Origin: Calditrichales bacterium
GTDB taxonomy: Bacteria > Calditrichota > Calditrichia > Calditrichales > J004
DNA: 64,000 nucleotides
Direction: 5' to 3'
NCBI GenBank assembly: GCA_965267575.1
Contig: OZ254086.1
Coordinates: 320,001 to 384,000, forward strand
Shown here one piece after another: positions 19,806 through 28,641 of this stretch (position 1 is the first letter of the stretch; each line of letters begins with the position of its first letter). The position numbers and the translations under genes are program-made. The notes under the pieces are model-generated. The model saw nothing but the letters and a program-made list of their open reading frames with translations, was not told the origin of the DNA and searched no databases.

Positions 19806-20693
19806 ATGTTTCCCTATGCCGGAGAAATCGGCGCGCTCACATCGGCCCTGTTCTGGGCATCCGCTTCCGCTGTTTACGGCGTCTACGTGCGACGCATTCA
19901 CCCGCTGGTTTTAAATTTTGCCAAAGGCATGCTGGCAGCGCTTATGCTGGCCGCGACGGCCTGGCTGCTGGGTATGCCGCTGTACAGCTGGAACGATGCC
20001 TACCGTCCTGTTTTGCTGCTTATCAGCGGTATGCTTGGTCTTGGCATTGGCGATACCATTTACTTTGCGGCGCTTAAACACGTCAGCGCCCGAATTTCTT
20101 TATTGATCCAGATGCTGACCCCGCCGCTTACGGCTCTTATCGCCTGGATCTTTATCGGCGAAGCGCTGAGCTGGCAGGCGTGGCTGGGTATTTTCATCAC
20201 CATCGCCGGCATAAGCTGGGTGGTGAATGAACGCGCCCCGCAGCAGCAGCAACAGGGCTCAAAAGCCCGCGGGGTGGTTTACAACATCATCGCCTCGGTT
20301 GCCGCGGCCGTCGGCACCGTGCTGGCCCGCGTCGCCATGAGCGACATGAGCTCCGACCCGATGCAGGCCACGTTCCTGCGGCTGATCGGCGGCAATGTGT
20401 TTTTGGTTGCCGGTTTTGTCTGGTTGTGGCGCCGGAACAAGAGCGCGGCCTTTCCCGCCATCCCGGCCAAAACCGGCTGGATCATTACCGCCGCCGTCTT
20501 CTTTGGCACCTTCCTCAGCATTTGGTTGCAGCAGATTGCCCTGCAGCGTGTGGAAGCAGGCCTGGCCCAAACGTTGTTCAGCACCAGCCCGTTGTTTGTA
20601 ATACCTATAAGCGCGATGATGGGTGAAAAAGTGACCTGGCGCGCGGTAGCCGGAGCATTGGTCGCCATCGGTGGGATTGCGTTGCTTTTTTAG
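19806..20693 (+). CDS. DMT (EamA) family transporter
   Basis: About ten TM segments in two repeats; GIGDTIYFAAL, FIGEAL, MMGEKVT. Likely start MFPYAG at 19806. Confidence 0.9.
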   Translation: MFPYAGEIGALTSALFWASASAVYGVYVRRIHPLVLNFAKGMLAALMLAATAWLLGMPLYSWNDAYRPVLLLISGMLGLGIGDTIYFAALKHVSARISLLIQMLTPPLTALIAWIFIGEALSWQAWLGIFITIAGISWVVNERAPQQQQQGSKARGVVYNIIASVAAAVGTVLARVAMSDMSSDPMQATFLRLIGGNVFLVAGFVWLWRRNKSAAFPAIPAKTGWIITAAVFFGTFLSIWLQQIALQRVEAGLAQTLFSTSPLFVIPISAMMGEKVTWRAVAGALVAIGGIALLF

Positions 20694-20705
20694 AGATAGA
20701 AGATT

Positions 20706-20783
20706 GTGTTCAGGTGTTCAGGTGTTCAGGTGTTCAGGTAGAATTTGCAGCGGCTCAATTCCCAATTCCCAACTATCAATTCC
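20706..20783. repeat. Short tandem repeats between convergent genes
   Basis: (GTGTTCAG)x4 at 20706-20737 and (CAATTCC)x4 with one degenerate copy at 20756-20783. Confidence 0.9.
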
Positions 20784-20791
20784 AAATTTAG

Positions 20792-21880
20792 CTAAAGGCG
20801 CGTAAACATTTTGCCGGCCATTTGACGCACCAGTCCGTTCAGCTCCAGCATCAGCAAAGCGCTCAGGGCTTCGGATGTGGAGATGCCGGCTTTCAAGGCC
20901 AGCTGGTCAATGTGCAGGGCTTCGCCATCCAGAAGCCCGTAGAGGGTTTTGGCGGGTTCATCCAGTTTGGGTTTGGGCTTTACGGGTTCGCTGTTTTGCG
21001 CAATCCTGCCGGATAGTTCACTCATGATATCCGCGGGTCCCTGTACCAGTTTTGCCCCCTGCTTGATCAGTTCGTTGCAGCCGGCGCTTTTGCTGGCATG
21101 GATTGGACCGGGCACGGCAAAAATATCGCGGTTTTGGTCGAGGGCGTACATGGCCGTTAGCAGTGCGCCGCTTTTGGCGCCCGCTTCGGTGATCAGAATG
21201 CCCAGACTCAATCCGCTGATGATGCGGTTACGCTTGGGAAAGTTTCCGGCATCCGGCTTGGTGCCAAAGGGATACTCCGTTACAAACAGGCCGCGTTCCA
21301 GCACGCGCTCATAAAGCTTTTTGTTTTCCGCAGGATAAATGATGTCCAGCCCGTTGCCCAGCACGGCTAATGTTGCCCCGCCCGCATCAACAGTGGCCTG
21401 GTGCGCCAGCGTATCCACGCCCCGGGCAAACCCGCTGAAGACCGCCAGGCCGCCGGCCACCATCTCCCGCGCCATGGTTACGGTAACATTCTTGCCATAA
21501 GGTGAGGGCGTACGCGTGCCGACAATGCCAATGGCATCCAGCAGCATTGTGTTGTAGTGGCCCTTTACAAAAAGAAAAGCGGGCGGATCGTAAATGCTCT
21601 TAAGGCGTTCGGGATAGGCGTCATCCCAGTAGCTGATCAGGTCGGCGTCGTGCAGTTTCAGTAAATCGGTCTGCGATTTCACAAACGCCTCATTCACATC
21701 ATTCTTAATCTTTGAAGCGATTGTCTGGGTGACGCCCCGTATATCCATCAGCTGGCGGACGGGGGCATCCAGCACATTCTGCGCGCTGCCAAAGCGGGAG
21801 ATCAGGCTACGCATACGTGCCGGACCTATACCGGGAATAGAATAGAGAGAAAGTAGTGCTTCGCGATCGTTGGGGTTCAT
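20792..21880 (-). CDS. dprA: DNA-processing protein DprA
   Basis: IPGIGP, YPERL...DPP, IVGTR, SGFARGVD, FPKRNRIISGLS, EAGAKSGAL, FAVPG, C-terminal winged helix. Confidence 0.97.
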   Translation of the reverse strand: MNPNDREALLSLYSIPGIGPARMRSLISRFGSAQNVLDAPVRQLMDIRGVTQTIASKIKNDVNEAFVKSQTDLLKLHDADLISYWDDAYPERLKSIYDPPAFLFVKGHYNTMLLDAIGIVGTRTPSPYGKNVTVTMAREMVAGGLAVFSGFARGVDTLAHQATVDAGGATLAVLGNGLDIIYPAENKKLYERVLERGLFVTEYPFGTKPDAGNFPKRNRIISGLSLGILITEAGAKSGALLTAMYALDQNRDIFAVPGPIHASKSAGCNELIKQGAKLVQGPADIMSELSGRIAQNSEPVKPKPKLDEPAKTLYGLLDGEALHIDQLALKAGISTSEALSALLMLELNGLVRQMAGKMFTRL

Positions 21881-22884
21881 TCAGAATTTTCCGCTGTCGG
21901 TTCTTCCAGTGCTTCGGCCTTTTGGATCAGGCTGAACAAAGCGTCTTTAAGACGATCCAGATTGTGGCCCGTGGCGGCGGATATTTTTACAACCGTTTCC
22001 GCTTTGTCGTCTTTAATCTCAAGCTCATCGCCGGCGATATCGGTTTTGTTGAGAATAACCAACGAAGGTTTTTGCGCCAGTAGCGCGCTGTAGTTTTTAA
22101 GCTCATCACGCAGGGTTTCCAGCTGTTGCTGAGGCTCTTCTTCGGTTATGTCCAGAATAAAGGCCAGCGCGCGTGTTCTCTCGATGTGCCGCAAGAACTG
22201 GTGCCCTAGCCCCTTGCCCTCCGACGCGCCCTCAATAAGGCCGGGTATATCGGCCAGGATAAAGCTTTTAAAATCGCGGTAGCTGACGATGCCCAGGTTG
22301 GGTTCCAGCGTCGTGAACGGGTAGTCGGCAATTTTGGGCCGCGCCGCCGAGAGCCTTGAAAGCAGCGTTGATTTACCTGCGTTTGGAAAGCCTACCAACC
22401 CGATATCGGCGATGCTTTTCAGTTCCAGTTCCAGTTCGCGTTGCTGCCCCTCTTCGCCCACTTCCCATTCGCGCGGGCTGCGGTGTGTCGACGTGGCAAA
22501 ACGGGCATTTCCCCTGCCACCGCGGCCGCCCTTTGCCACAACGCAGCTCTGGCCGTCTTTTGTAAAATCAGCCAGGATTTCCCCACTCTCCGCGTCACGG
22601 AGAACGGTTCCTACGGGCACTTCCAGTTCGATATCCTCTCCTGATTTGCCGTGTCTGTTGGAGCCCATGCCGTGCTGGCCCCGTTTGGCTTTGTACTCAC
22701 GGCGATAGGTGAAATCGCGCAGGGTATGCAAATTCTTGTTGGCCTTTATAATAATGCTGCCGCCCCGGCCGCCGTCGCCACCGTCGGGACCGCCTTTTTC
22801 AACAAATTTTTCCCTGTGAAAACTCATGCAGCCGCTGCCGCCGTTTCCGGCGATCACACGTACTTTTACAAAATCTATAAACAT
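21877..22884 (-). CDS. obgE: GTPase ObgE/CgtA
   Basis: MFIDFVK...GGPDGGDGGRGG, VGFPNAGKS, YPFTTLEP, DIPG, NKTD. Confidence 0.98.
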   Translation of the reverse strand: MFIDFVKVRVIAGNGGSGCMSFHREKFVEKGGPDGGDGGRGGSIIIKANKNLHTLRDFTYRREYKAKRGQHGMGSNRHGKSGEDIELEVPVGTVLRDAESGEILADFTKDGQSCVVAKGGRGGRGNARFATSTHRSPREWEVGEEGQQRELELELKSIADIGLVGFPNAGKSTLLSRLSAARPKIADYPFTTLEPNLGIVSYRDFKSFILADIPGLIEGASEGKGLGHQFLRHIERTRALAFILDITEEEPQQQLETLRDELKNYSALLAQKPSLVILNKTDIAGDELEIKDDKAETVVKISAATGHNLDRLKDALFSLIQKAEALEEPTAENSE

Positions 22885-22970
22885 TGGAATGTCTCAAAAT
22901 GTCAGCGTTAAATAACCGGGGCTTAAGATACGATTTTCAAAAGCCCCGTCAAAGAGGAAGGAAGGAGCGT

Positions 22971-23915
22971 CTAGTTGATAGACCCCTGTAAACCAAAACG
23001 ATGCGTATTGCCTAGCAAGGTGTAATTGGAATAAGCATAGTCAAAACGGATATCACCAAATTCGATGCCCAGCCCGCCGGACAATCCGCCGAATTCACTT
23101 TCCTGCAACGTGCTTAAATCCTGGTGCAGTTTATTATCATAACCCAGCCGCAAACGCAGCGATTCGCTGAGCCGGAATTCCCCGCCTATGGAAAAGCGCT
23201 TTAAACGGTCGATTTCATTCTCGGCGTCGATGTTTATGTCGGTTAAACTGAGGCTGATTTCCAGCGGCAGATGCGCCAGCTGCTTGGAAACACCCAGACG
23301 CATGCTCAGCGGCAGGCTCTCTTTGGTGCTGTTGTAGTAGCTTACCATTTGGCCCACGTTCTGCAAGGCGAAACCAAAATAGAGATCTTCCTGGAAGGGG
23401 GCCTTGTAAAGCAGACCAAAGTCGAAAGCAACCGCCGAAGCGTTGACGTTTTCTATTTTGGAGAAGGCATACTTGAGCGTAACACCATAGCTGAATTGTT
23501 CACTCAGGTGGCTGCCGAGACTTACGGACAACGCCACGTCATTGGCGCTGAAAGATCCCGTTTCCTGGGCATACTCGTCGGTGGCCTTAAAATTCCCATA
23601 GTCAACGTAGGTAATGGCGCCGGTCAGATAGCCGTCGAAAAAAGGCAGCCTTTGGCCATAGGCCACATAGCCACCAGAGATATCCAGCAGGTAGCTGGTG
23701 TAATTGGCCACATAGCGCCGGCCTTCGGCATAGGCCATCCCCGCGGGATTAACGTGGATTGAGCCAATATCGCCGCGCAGCGTGGTGAAAGCATTGGAAG
23801 CGCCTGCCGTACGCGGGTTAAAGTCGGTTTGTAAAAACGGAAAAGCACTTGTTAGTCCGTTTACGGCCCACAGCGGGCAACTGGCTAAAAGTAGCAGGAA
23901 AATAGCTTTTCTCAT
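22971..23915 (-). CDS. PorV/PorQ-family outer-membrane beta-barrel protein
   Basis: Signal peptide, FPFLQTDFNPRTAG, NPAGMA, YVDYG, LRLRLGY, GLSGGLG, RFDYAY, GNTHRFGL. Likely start MRKAIF at 23915. Confidence 0.8.
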   Translation of the reverse strand: MRKAIFLLLLASCPLWAVNGLTSAFPFLQTDFNPRTAGASNAFTTLRGDIGSIHVNPAGMAYAEGRRYVANYTSYLLDISGGYVAYGQRLPFFDGYLTGAITYVDYGNFKATDEYAQETGSFSANDVALSVSLGSHLSEQFSYGVTLKYAFSKIENVNASAVAFDFGLLYKAPFQEDLYFGFALQNVGQMVSYYNSTKESLPLSMRLGVSKQLAHLPLEISLSLTDINIDAENEIDRLKRFSIGGEFRLSESLRLRLGYDNKLHQDLSTLQESEFGGLSGGLGIEFGDIRFDYAYSNYTLLGNTHRFGLQGSIN

Positions 23916-23926
23916 ATTCCCTTCCA

Positions 23927-24778
23927 TTAAAAAGATGGTCCCGGTGCAGCGCTGTGCTGAACCAGAAACTGCTCAAAGTCAACGCGCTGGACGCTGCTAA
24001 GTTTCTCACCCAGAAAACGCGATCCTATCTCGGCAAATTTCTGCGGGATGTCGCTGACGAAGAAGTAATCGTCAGCAAGGCGCGGACCTTTATGTAACAG
24101 GTCATGCTGTTGCAGCGCTTCCTTAACATAAACGGCGGTTTCATGCCCGGAATCGATCAGCGCCACCTGCTCCCCGGCCAGCTTGCGTATGGCCGGTTTA
24201 AGCAAGGGATAGTGCGTACAGCCAAGAACCAGCGTATCCACCGGTATGTTTAGCAAATCACCCAGATAGCGTTTCAGTGTGAGATCGGTTATGTCGTCTT
24301 CCAACCAGCCTTCTTCCACTAGCGGCACAAGCAACGGGCAGGCCTGCTGGTCCACCAGTACATCACGGCCTGCGGCTTTTTCAACGATCGTTTTTTTGTA
24401 AGCCTTGCTGTTAATGGTAGCCGTAGTGCCGATAACGCCGATCTTGCCGCTGCGGCTTTCACGCAGGGCGGCCAGCGCACCGGGCAGAACAACGCCTACA
24501 ACCGGAACGGGCAGCTCTTTTTGCAGGGTATCGATGGCCAGGGCTGAGGCCGTGTTACAGGCAACAACGATCAGCTTTACCTTGTACTGCATCAGGAAAG
24601 CGGCATCTTCCAGGGCGTACTGCGTTACCAGTGCCGCCGATTTTGTGCCATAGGGAATGCGCGCCGTGTCGCCGAAGTAGATAAGCTGCTCATCGGGTAA
24701 AACGCGGCGCAGCTCTTTTAAAACGGTCAATCCGCCAATGCCCGAATCAAAAATACCAATGGGTTTATCCTTATTCAT
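23927..24778 (-). CDS. murI: Glutamate racemase
   Basis: IGIFDSGIGGLTV, GDTARIPYG, VACNTAS, LGCTHYP. Confidence 0.97.
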   Translation of the reverse strand: MNKDKPIGIFDSGIGGLTVLKELRRVLPDEQLIYFGDTARIPYGTKSAALVTQYALEDAAFLMQYKVKLIVVACNTASALAIDTLQKELPVPVVGVVLPGALAALRESRSGKIGVIGTTATINSKAYKKTIVEKAAGRDVLVDQQACPLLVPLVEEGWLEDDITDLTLKRYLGDLLNIPVDTLVLGCTHYPLLKPAIRKLAGEQVALIDSGHETAVYVKEALQQHDLLHKGPRLADDYFFVSDIPQKFAEIGSRFLGEKLSSVQRVDFEQFLVQHSAAPGPSF

Positions 24779-26331
24779 CAAATGGCCGCCTCAATATCGG
24801 CTTTGTATTTCTTTATGCCTTCAAAAACTGCCTGGGCCACCTTTTGCTGCGTGCTTGTTTTCTTAAGCAGATTGGCTTCAATCTTGTTTGAGATAAATCC
24901 CATTTCCACGAGGATGTTGGGCATGGTCGCTCCCACCATCACCCAGAAACGGCCCTGCTTAACGCCACGATCCTTCATCCCCAGCGGTTTTAGTGTGCGG
25001 GCAAAGGAGTTCTGTACCGTGGACGCCAGGTACTGGCTTTGCCGAATGAACGCACTTTGCGCCATCGTGGCAAGGATAAAATTTATACCCTCATACCGCT
25101 TCTGGTCTTGTTCATCCTCGAAACGGATGGAGGCGTTTTCCTTAAGCACCACTTCCTGGGCCTGCTGATTTTTATCTTTATCGGCACTCAGGAAATAGGT
25201 CTCAAATCCTTTGGCGGAGCGGCTTTTGTTGCTGTTACAATGCAGGCTGATAAAAAGCTTGCCTTTTTGCTCATTGGCAATCTTGGTGCGCTGCCACAGC
25301 GGGATAAACTTGTCTGTCCGGCGTGTAAACACGACTTTTACGTCAGGCATCTGTTTGGCCATTATTTTTTCCAGCAGCAAGCCTACGGACAAAACGATTT
25401 CCTTTTCTTTTAAACCGCCATAACCGACGGCACCGGGGTCTTTACCGCCATGGCCGGGATCAATAACGATGGTGTCGATCAGCCATTCCTTTTTCTGCTC
25501 GGCCAGCTCTTCCTGCACATCTTCGCGGTCATGGTCGATTTTATCATCCGTGCGCAGGTTTACGTAGAAATCATTGGAAGAAGGATCAAAAACCAGGTCG
25601 CGCGAGAGGATACTGGTGCGCAGGCGAAACGCCAGCGAGATGAGCTGGTCAAATTCGATCACTTGAATATCGGAGACGATGCCGGCCGTCTGTACCGCTT
25701 CAATGGCCGACTTATCGGCTTTTCCGCCAAACACATCGATATGCAGCCAGCCGTTGGCGACTTTTAACGACACATCCTGTTTGCGGAATTTTTTATTGCT
25801 GTTTACCCGGATGAGCGTCCCGTTCTCCATGGTATCCACCTTGACGCCGGTGATATTCACATTTTTCATGCCCAGCGTCAGGATCATCTCTTTTTCGTCA
25901 AAGCTGAAGGAGTGCGATGTAAAGCTGTTGAAAAGCGCCATCAAAGTCTGCGGCGTTATCAGCAGCTCATTGTGTTCCCAACGGGGAAGGTGTGTTAGCT
26001 GATAAGTGCGATCGTTTAATACCACGAACGGGTTGCCCGCGGTAAAAGTGGCTTTGTCGGATCCGATATAAAGCACGCTTTTCTGCCGCGCTTCGTTGGT
26101 GTAAATGCCCAGGCCGATAGCGTTGACAAAATCCGCCATCGAAAAATAAACCGATCCGTCTATTCTTTTAAAAGTAATCTCTTTCAGAATAGACTGGCCG
26201 CCACGATAGCTTTCAACCATCAGGCCACGGGTCTGCGGCAGAAGGCGCGTTGAAGCAGGCAGCATTATGGGGAGGCTGATGATGCTACCAAAGGTGCTTA
26301 ACAGCAGATCAATGAATTTTCTACGCTGCAT
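24778..26331 (-). CDS. N-acetylmuramoyl-L-alanine amidase (Amidase_3), possible Tat signal
   Basis: IDPGHGGKDPGA, EKE, ISLHCNS, GFETY, ILVEMGFISN; N-terminus QRRKFI. Confidence 0.93.
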   Translation of the reverse strand: MQRRKFIDLLLSTFGSIISLPIMLPASTRLLPQTRGLMVESYRGGQSILKEITFKRIDGSVYFSMADFVNAIGLGIYTNEARQKSVLYIGSDKATFTAGNPFVVLNDRTYQLTHLPRWEHNELLITPQTLMALFNSFTSHSFSFDEKEMILTLGMKNVNITGVKVDTMENGTLIRVNSNKKFRKQDVSLKVANGWLHIDVFGGKADKSAIEAVQTAGIVSDIQVIEFDQLISLAFRLRTSILSRDLVFDPSSNDFYVNLRTDDKIDHDREDVQEELAEQKKEWLIDTIVIDPGHGGKDPGAVGYGGLKEKEIVLSVGLLLEKIMAKQMPDVKVVFTRRTDKFIPLWQRTKIANEQKGKLFISLHCNSNKSRSAKGFETYFLSADKDKNQQAQEVVLKENASIRFEDEQDQKRYEGINFILATMAQSAFIRQSQYLASTVQNSFARTLKPLGMKDRGVKQGRFWVMVGATMPNILVEMGFISNKIEANLLKKTSTQQKVAQAVFEGIKKYKADIEAAI

Positions 26332-26450
26332 AGGGTGCTATAAATGCTTAATTTACGTACTTTTAAATATTGCTGCTGAAATTAACAAAACAGCCTGTTT
26401 TATTCAACTTTTGACAGCGGTAAAAGCACAAACCATAAATAGGAGAATAG

Positions 26451-27359
26451 ATGGCCGTTTTAGAAGTCAGCCATATCACCAAACGGTATGGCGATTATGT
26501 CGCGGTAGATGATGTCTCTTTTCAGGTAGAAAGCGGACATATTTACGGCATGCTCGGGCCAAATGGCGCGGGCAAAACCACAACAATCCGTATGATCATG
26601 AATATCCTGGCCCCCGATGAGGGACATATCGCTCTGTTCGGATCAACCATGTCCGACGAGCTAAAGGCAAAAATCGGGTATTTGCCGGAGGAAAGGGGCC
26701 TTTATCCCAAAATGAACGTCACTGATATGCTTGTCTTTCTCGGCGAACTGCATGGTATGAAGGCGGCGGACGCGCGCCAAAAGGCCAATGAATGGATGCA
26801 GCGGCTCAAAATAGCTGAGAAGGCCGGGAACAAGGTGGAAGAGCTATCCAAGGGTATGCAGCAAAAACTGCAGATCATCGGCACCATTCTGCACAATCCC
26901 GATCTGATCATTCTGGACGAGCCTTTTTCAGGACTGGATCCGGTTAACGTAAATCTTATTAAAAACCTGATGATTGAACTGAAGGAATCCGGCAAATCGA
27001 TCATGCTTTCCACGCACATGATGGACGCCGCCGAAAAGCTGTGCGATGAAGTGCTGATGATAAACAAAGGCGTAAAGGTGCTGGACGGGAACCTGAACGA
27101 TGTGCTGAGCGAGTACGGCAAAAACAAGGTACATATCGAGTTTTCCGGCAACGGCCGTGTTCTGGAAAACATGGACGCCGTGAAGCGTGCCGACATCTAT
27201 GCCAACTATGCCGAACTTGAGCTGAATGACGGCCAGAAGCCTGCACAGTTATTAAAGGATGCGGTACAGCAGTTGGAAGTACATGGACTGCGCAGCCACC
27301 GCTCCAGCCTGAATGATATCTTTATAGCTCACGCGGGAGAGGAGGCCGAACATGCATAA
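26451..27359 (+). CDS. ABC-2 transporter ATP-binding protein (YhaQ/NatA-like)
   Basis: GPNGAGKTT, LSKGMQQK, ILDEPFSGLDP, STH. Confidence 0.95.
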   Translation: MAVLEVSHITKRYGDYVAVDDVSFQVESGHIYGMLGPNGAGKTTTIRMIMNILAPDEGHIALFGSTMSDELKAKIGYLPEERGLYPKMNVTDMLVFLGELHGMKAADARQKANEWMQRLKIAEKAGNKVEELSKGMQQKLQIIGTILHNPDLIILDEPFSGLDPVNVNLIKNLMIELKESGKSIMLSTHMMDAAEKLCDEVLMINKGVKVLDGNLNDVLSEYGKNKVHIEFSGNGRVLENMDAVKRADIYANYAELELNDGQKPAQLLKDAVQQLEVHGLRSHRSSLNDIFIAHAGEEAEHA

Positions 27360-28608
27360 GATATGGACTATCATAAAACGCGAATACAAAGAGACCGTTT
27401 TTAAAAAGAGCTTTATTATTCTGACATTGCTGACGCCTTTACTGATGGTAGCCATTGGCATTGTACCCTCGCTTCTGATCATGATGGAGAGCGAGGAGCC
27501 GAGCGTTATTTCCGTATATGACGAAAGCGGGGTTGTTAAAGGTAATCTTGAAGAGGCGCTGAGCGACACACTCAAAAACGGCCAGCCACGTTTTATCGTC
27601 AGTATTGTACAAGGCGCTTCAGGCGATGAGGCTGTAGAAAATCAAAAAAGCCAGGTTGAACAAGAGGTGGTGGACGGGTTTCTGTACATCCCGGAAAATA
27701 TCGCTTCCGAAGGCGAGCTGACTTTCTATTCTAAAAACGTGGCCAATTTTGACCTTAACAGGCGCATAAGGTCTGCCGTTAACGATATTGTTGTGGAGCA
27801 GCGTATCCAGGAATCCGGTTTGGACCCCGATAAAATAAAAGCGCTTACCGCGCGGGTAGGTCTGAAAACGGTGAAAATAAGTGCCGGCGGCCAGGAATCG
27901 GAAAGGGATTTTGGTGATGAGTACTTTTCCACTTTTATATTCGTGCTCATTCTTTACGTCACGCTGATCATTTACGGCAATGCCATCATGCGCAGCATCA
28001 TACAGGAGAAAACCAGCCGCATCATTGAAGTTATGCTTTCGTCGGTCAACCCTTTTCAAATGATGGCAGGTAAAATCCTGGGGCAGGGATCGGTTGGTCT
28101 TACGCAGTACGTTTTGTGGGCGCTTATTGGTATTGGCTTTTTTGTATACGGCGTAAAAGCGCTGCCGGTAAACGAAGATGCTTTCAGCTTTGGTCCGTCA
28201 ATTTTCGTTTATTTCGTGCTGTTCTATATCCTGGGTTATTTCCTGTTTGCCACGCTTTACGCGGCTATCGGTGCCGTAACCAACAACGATCAGGAAGCGC
28301 AGCAGATGTCAACGCCGCTGGTGCTTATGCTGGTTGTACCCCTGTTAATGCTTGGTTTTCTGGTCAAAAACCCGGACAGCACCGTGGTTGCGGTCATTTC
28401 GCAGATTCCCTTTTTCTCGCCGATTATCATGTTTGCCCGGATCAATCTGGCCACACCGCCATTCTGGGAAATCGCTTTATCGATTGTCATTCTGGTGGTA
28501 TCGATTATTGCTTCGATTGCTCTGGTAGCAAAGATCTACCGTGTGGGGATTTTGATGTACGGTAAGAGGCCGACACTTCCGGAAATACTCACCTGGATTA
28601 GAAAATAA
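27352..28608 (+). CDS. ABC-2 transporter permease (YhaP/NatB-like)
   Basis: IKREY, EKTSRIIEVMLSS, GKILG, IPFFSP, IYRVGILMYG. Confidence 0.92.
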   Translation: MHKIWTIIKREYKETVFKKSFIILTLLTPLLMVAIGIVPSLLIMMESEEPSVISVYDESGVVKGNLEEALSDTLKNGQPRFIVSIVQGASGDEAVENQKSQVEQEVVDGFLYIPENIASEGELTFYSKNVANFDLNRRIRSAVNDIVVEQRIQESGLDPDKIKALTARVGLKTVKISAGGQESERDFGDEYFSTFIFVLILYVTLIIYGNAIMRSIIQEKTSRIIEVMLSSVNPFQMMAGKILGQGSVGLTQYVLWALIGIGFFVYGVKALPVNEDAFSFGPSIFVYFVLFYILGYFLFATLYAAIGAVTNNDQEAQQMSTPLVLMLVVPLLMLGFLVKNPDSTVVAVISQIPFFSPIIMFARINLATPPFWEIALSIVILVVSIIASIALVAKIYRVGILMYGKRPTLPEILTWIRK

Positions 28609-28640
28609 AAAAAAGCCCCGGCATAACCGGGGCTTTCTGT
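28609..28640. terminator. Bidirectional rho-independent terminator
   Basis: A-run, AAAGCCCCGG-CATAA-CCGGGGCTTT, T-rich flank; lies between convergent genes. Confidence 0.85.
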
Positions 28641-28641
28641 T

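Noticed and set aside
22925-22952. Possible obgE promoter (TTGACG-N16-TATCTT) overlapping a GGGGCTT/AAGCCCC inverted repeat
   Set aside because: Suboptimal spacing and -10 box; cannot be told apart from a chance match or weak terminator.
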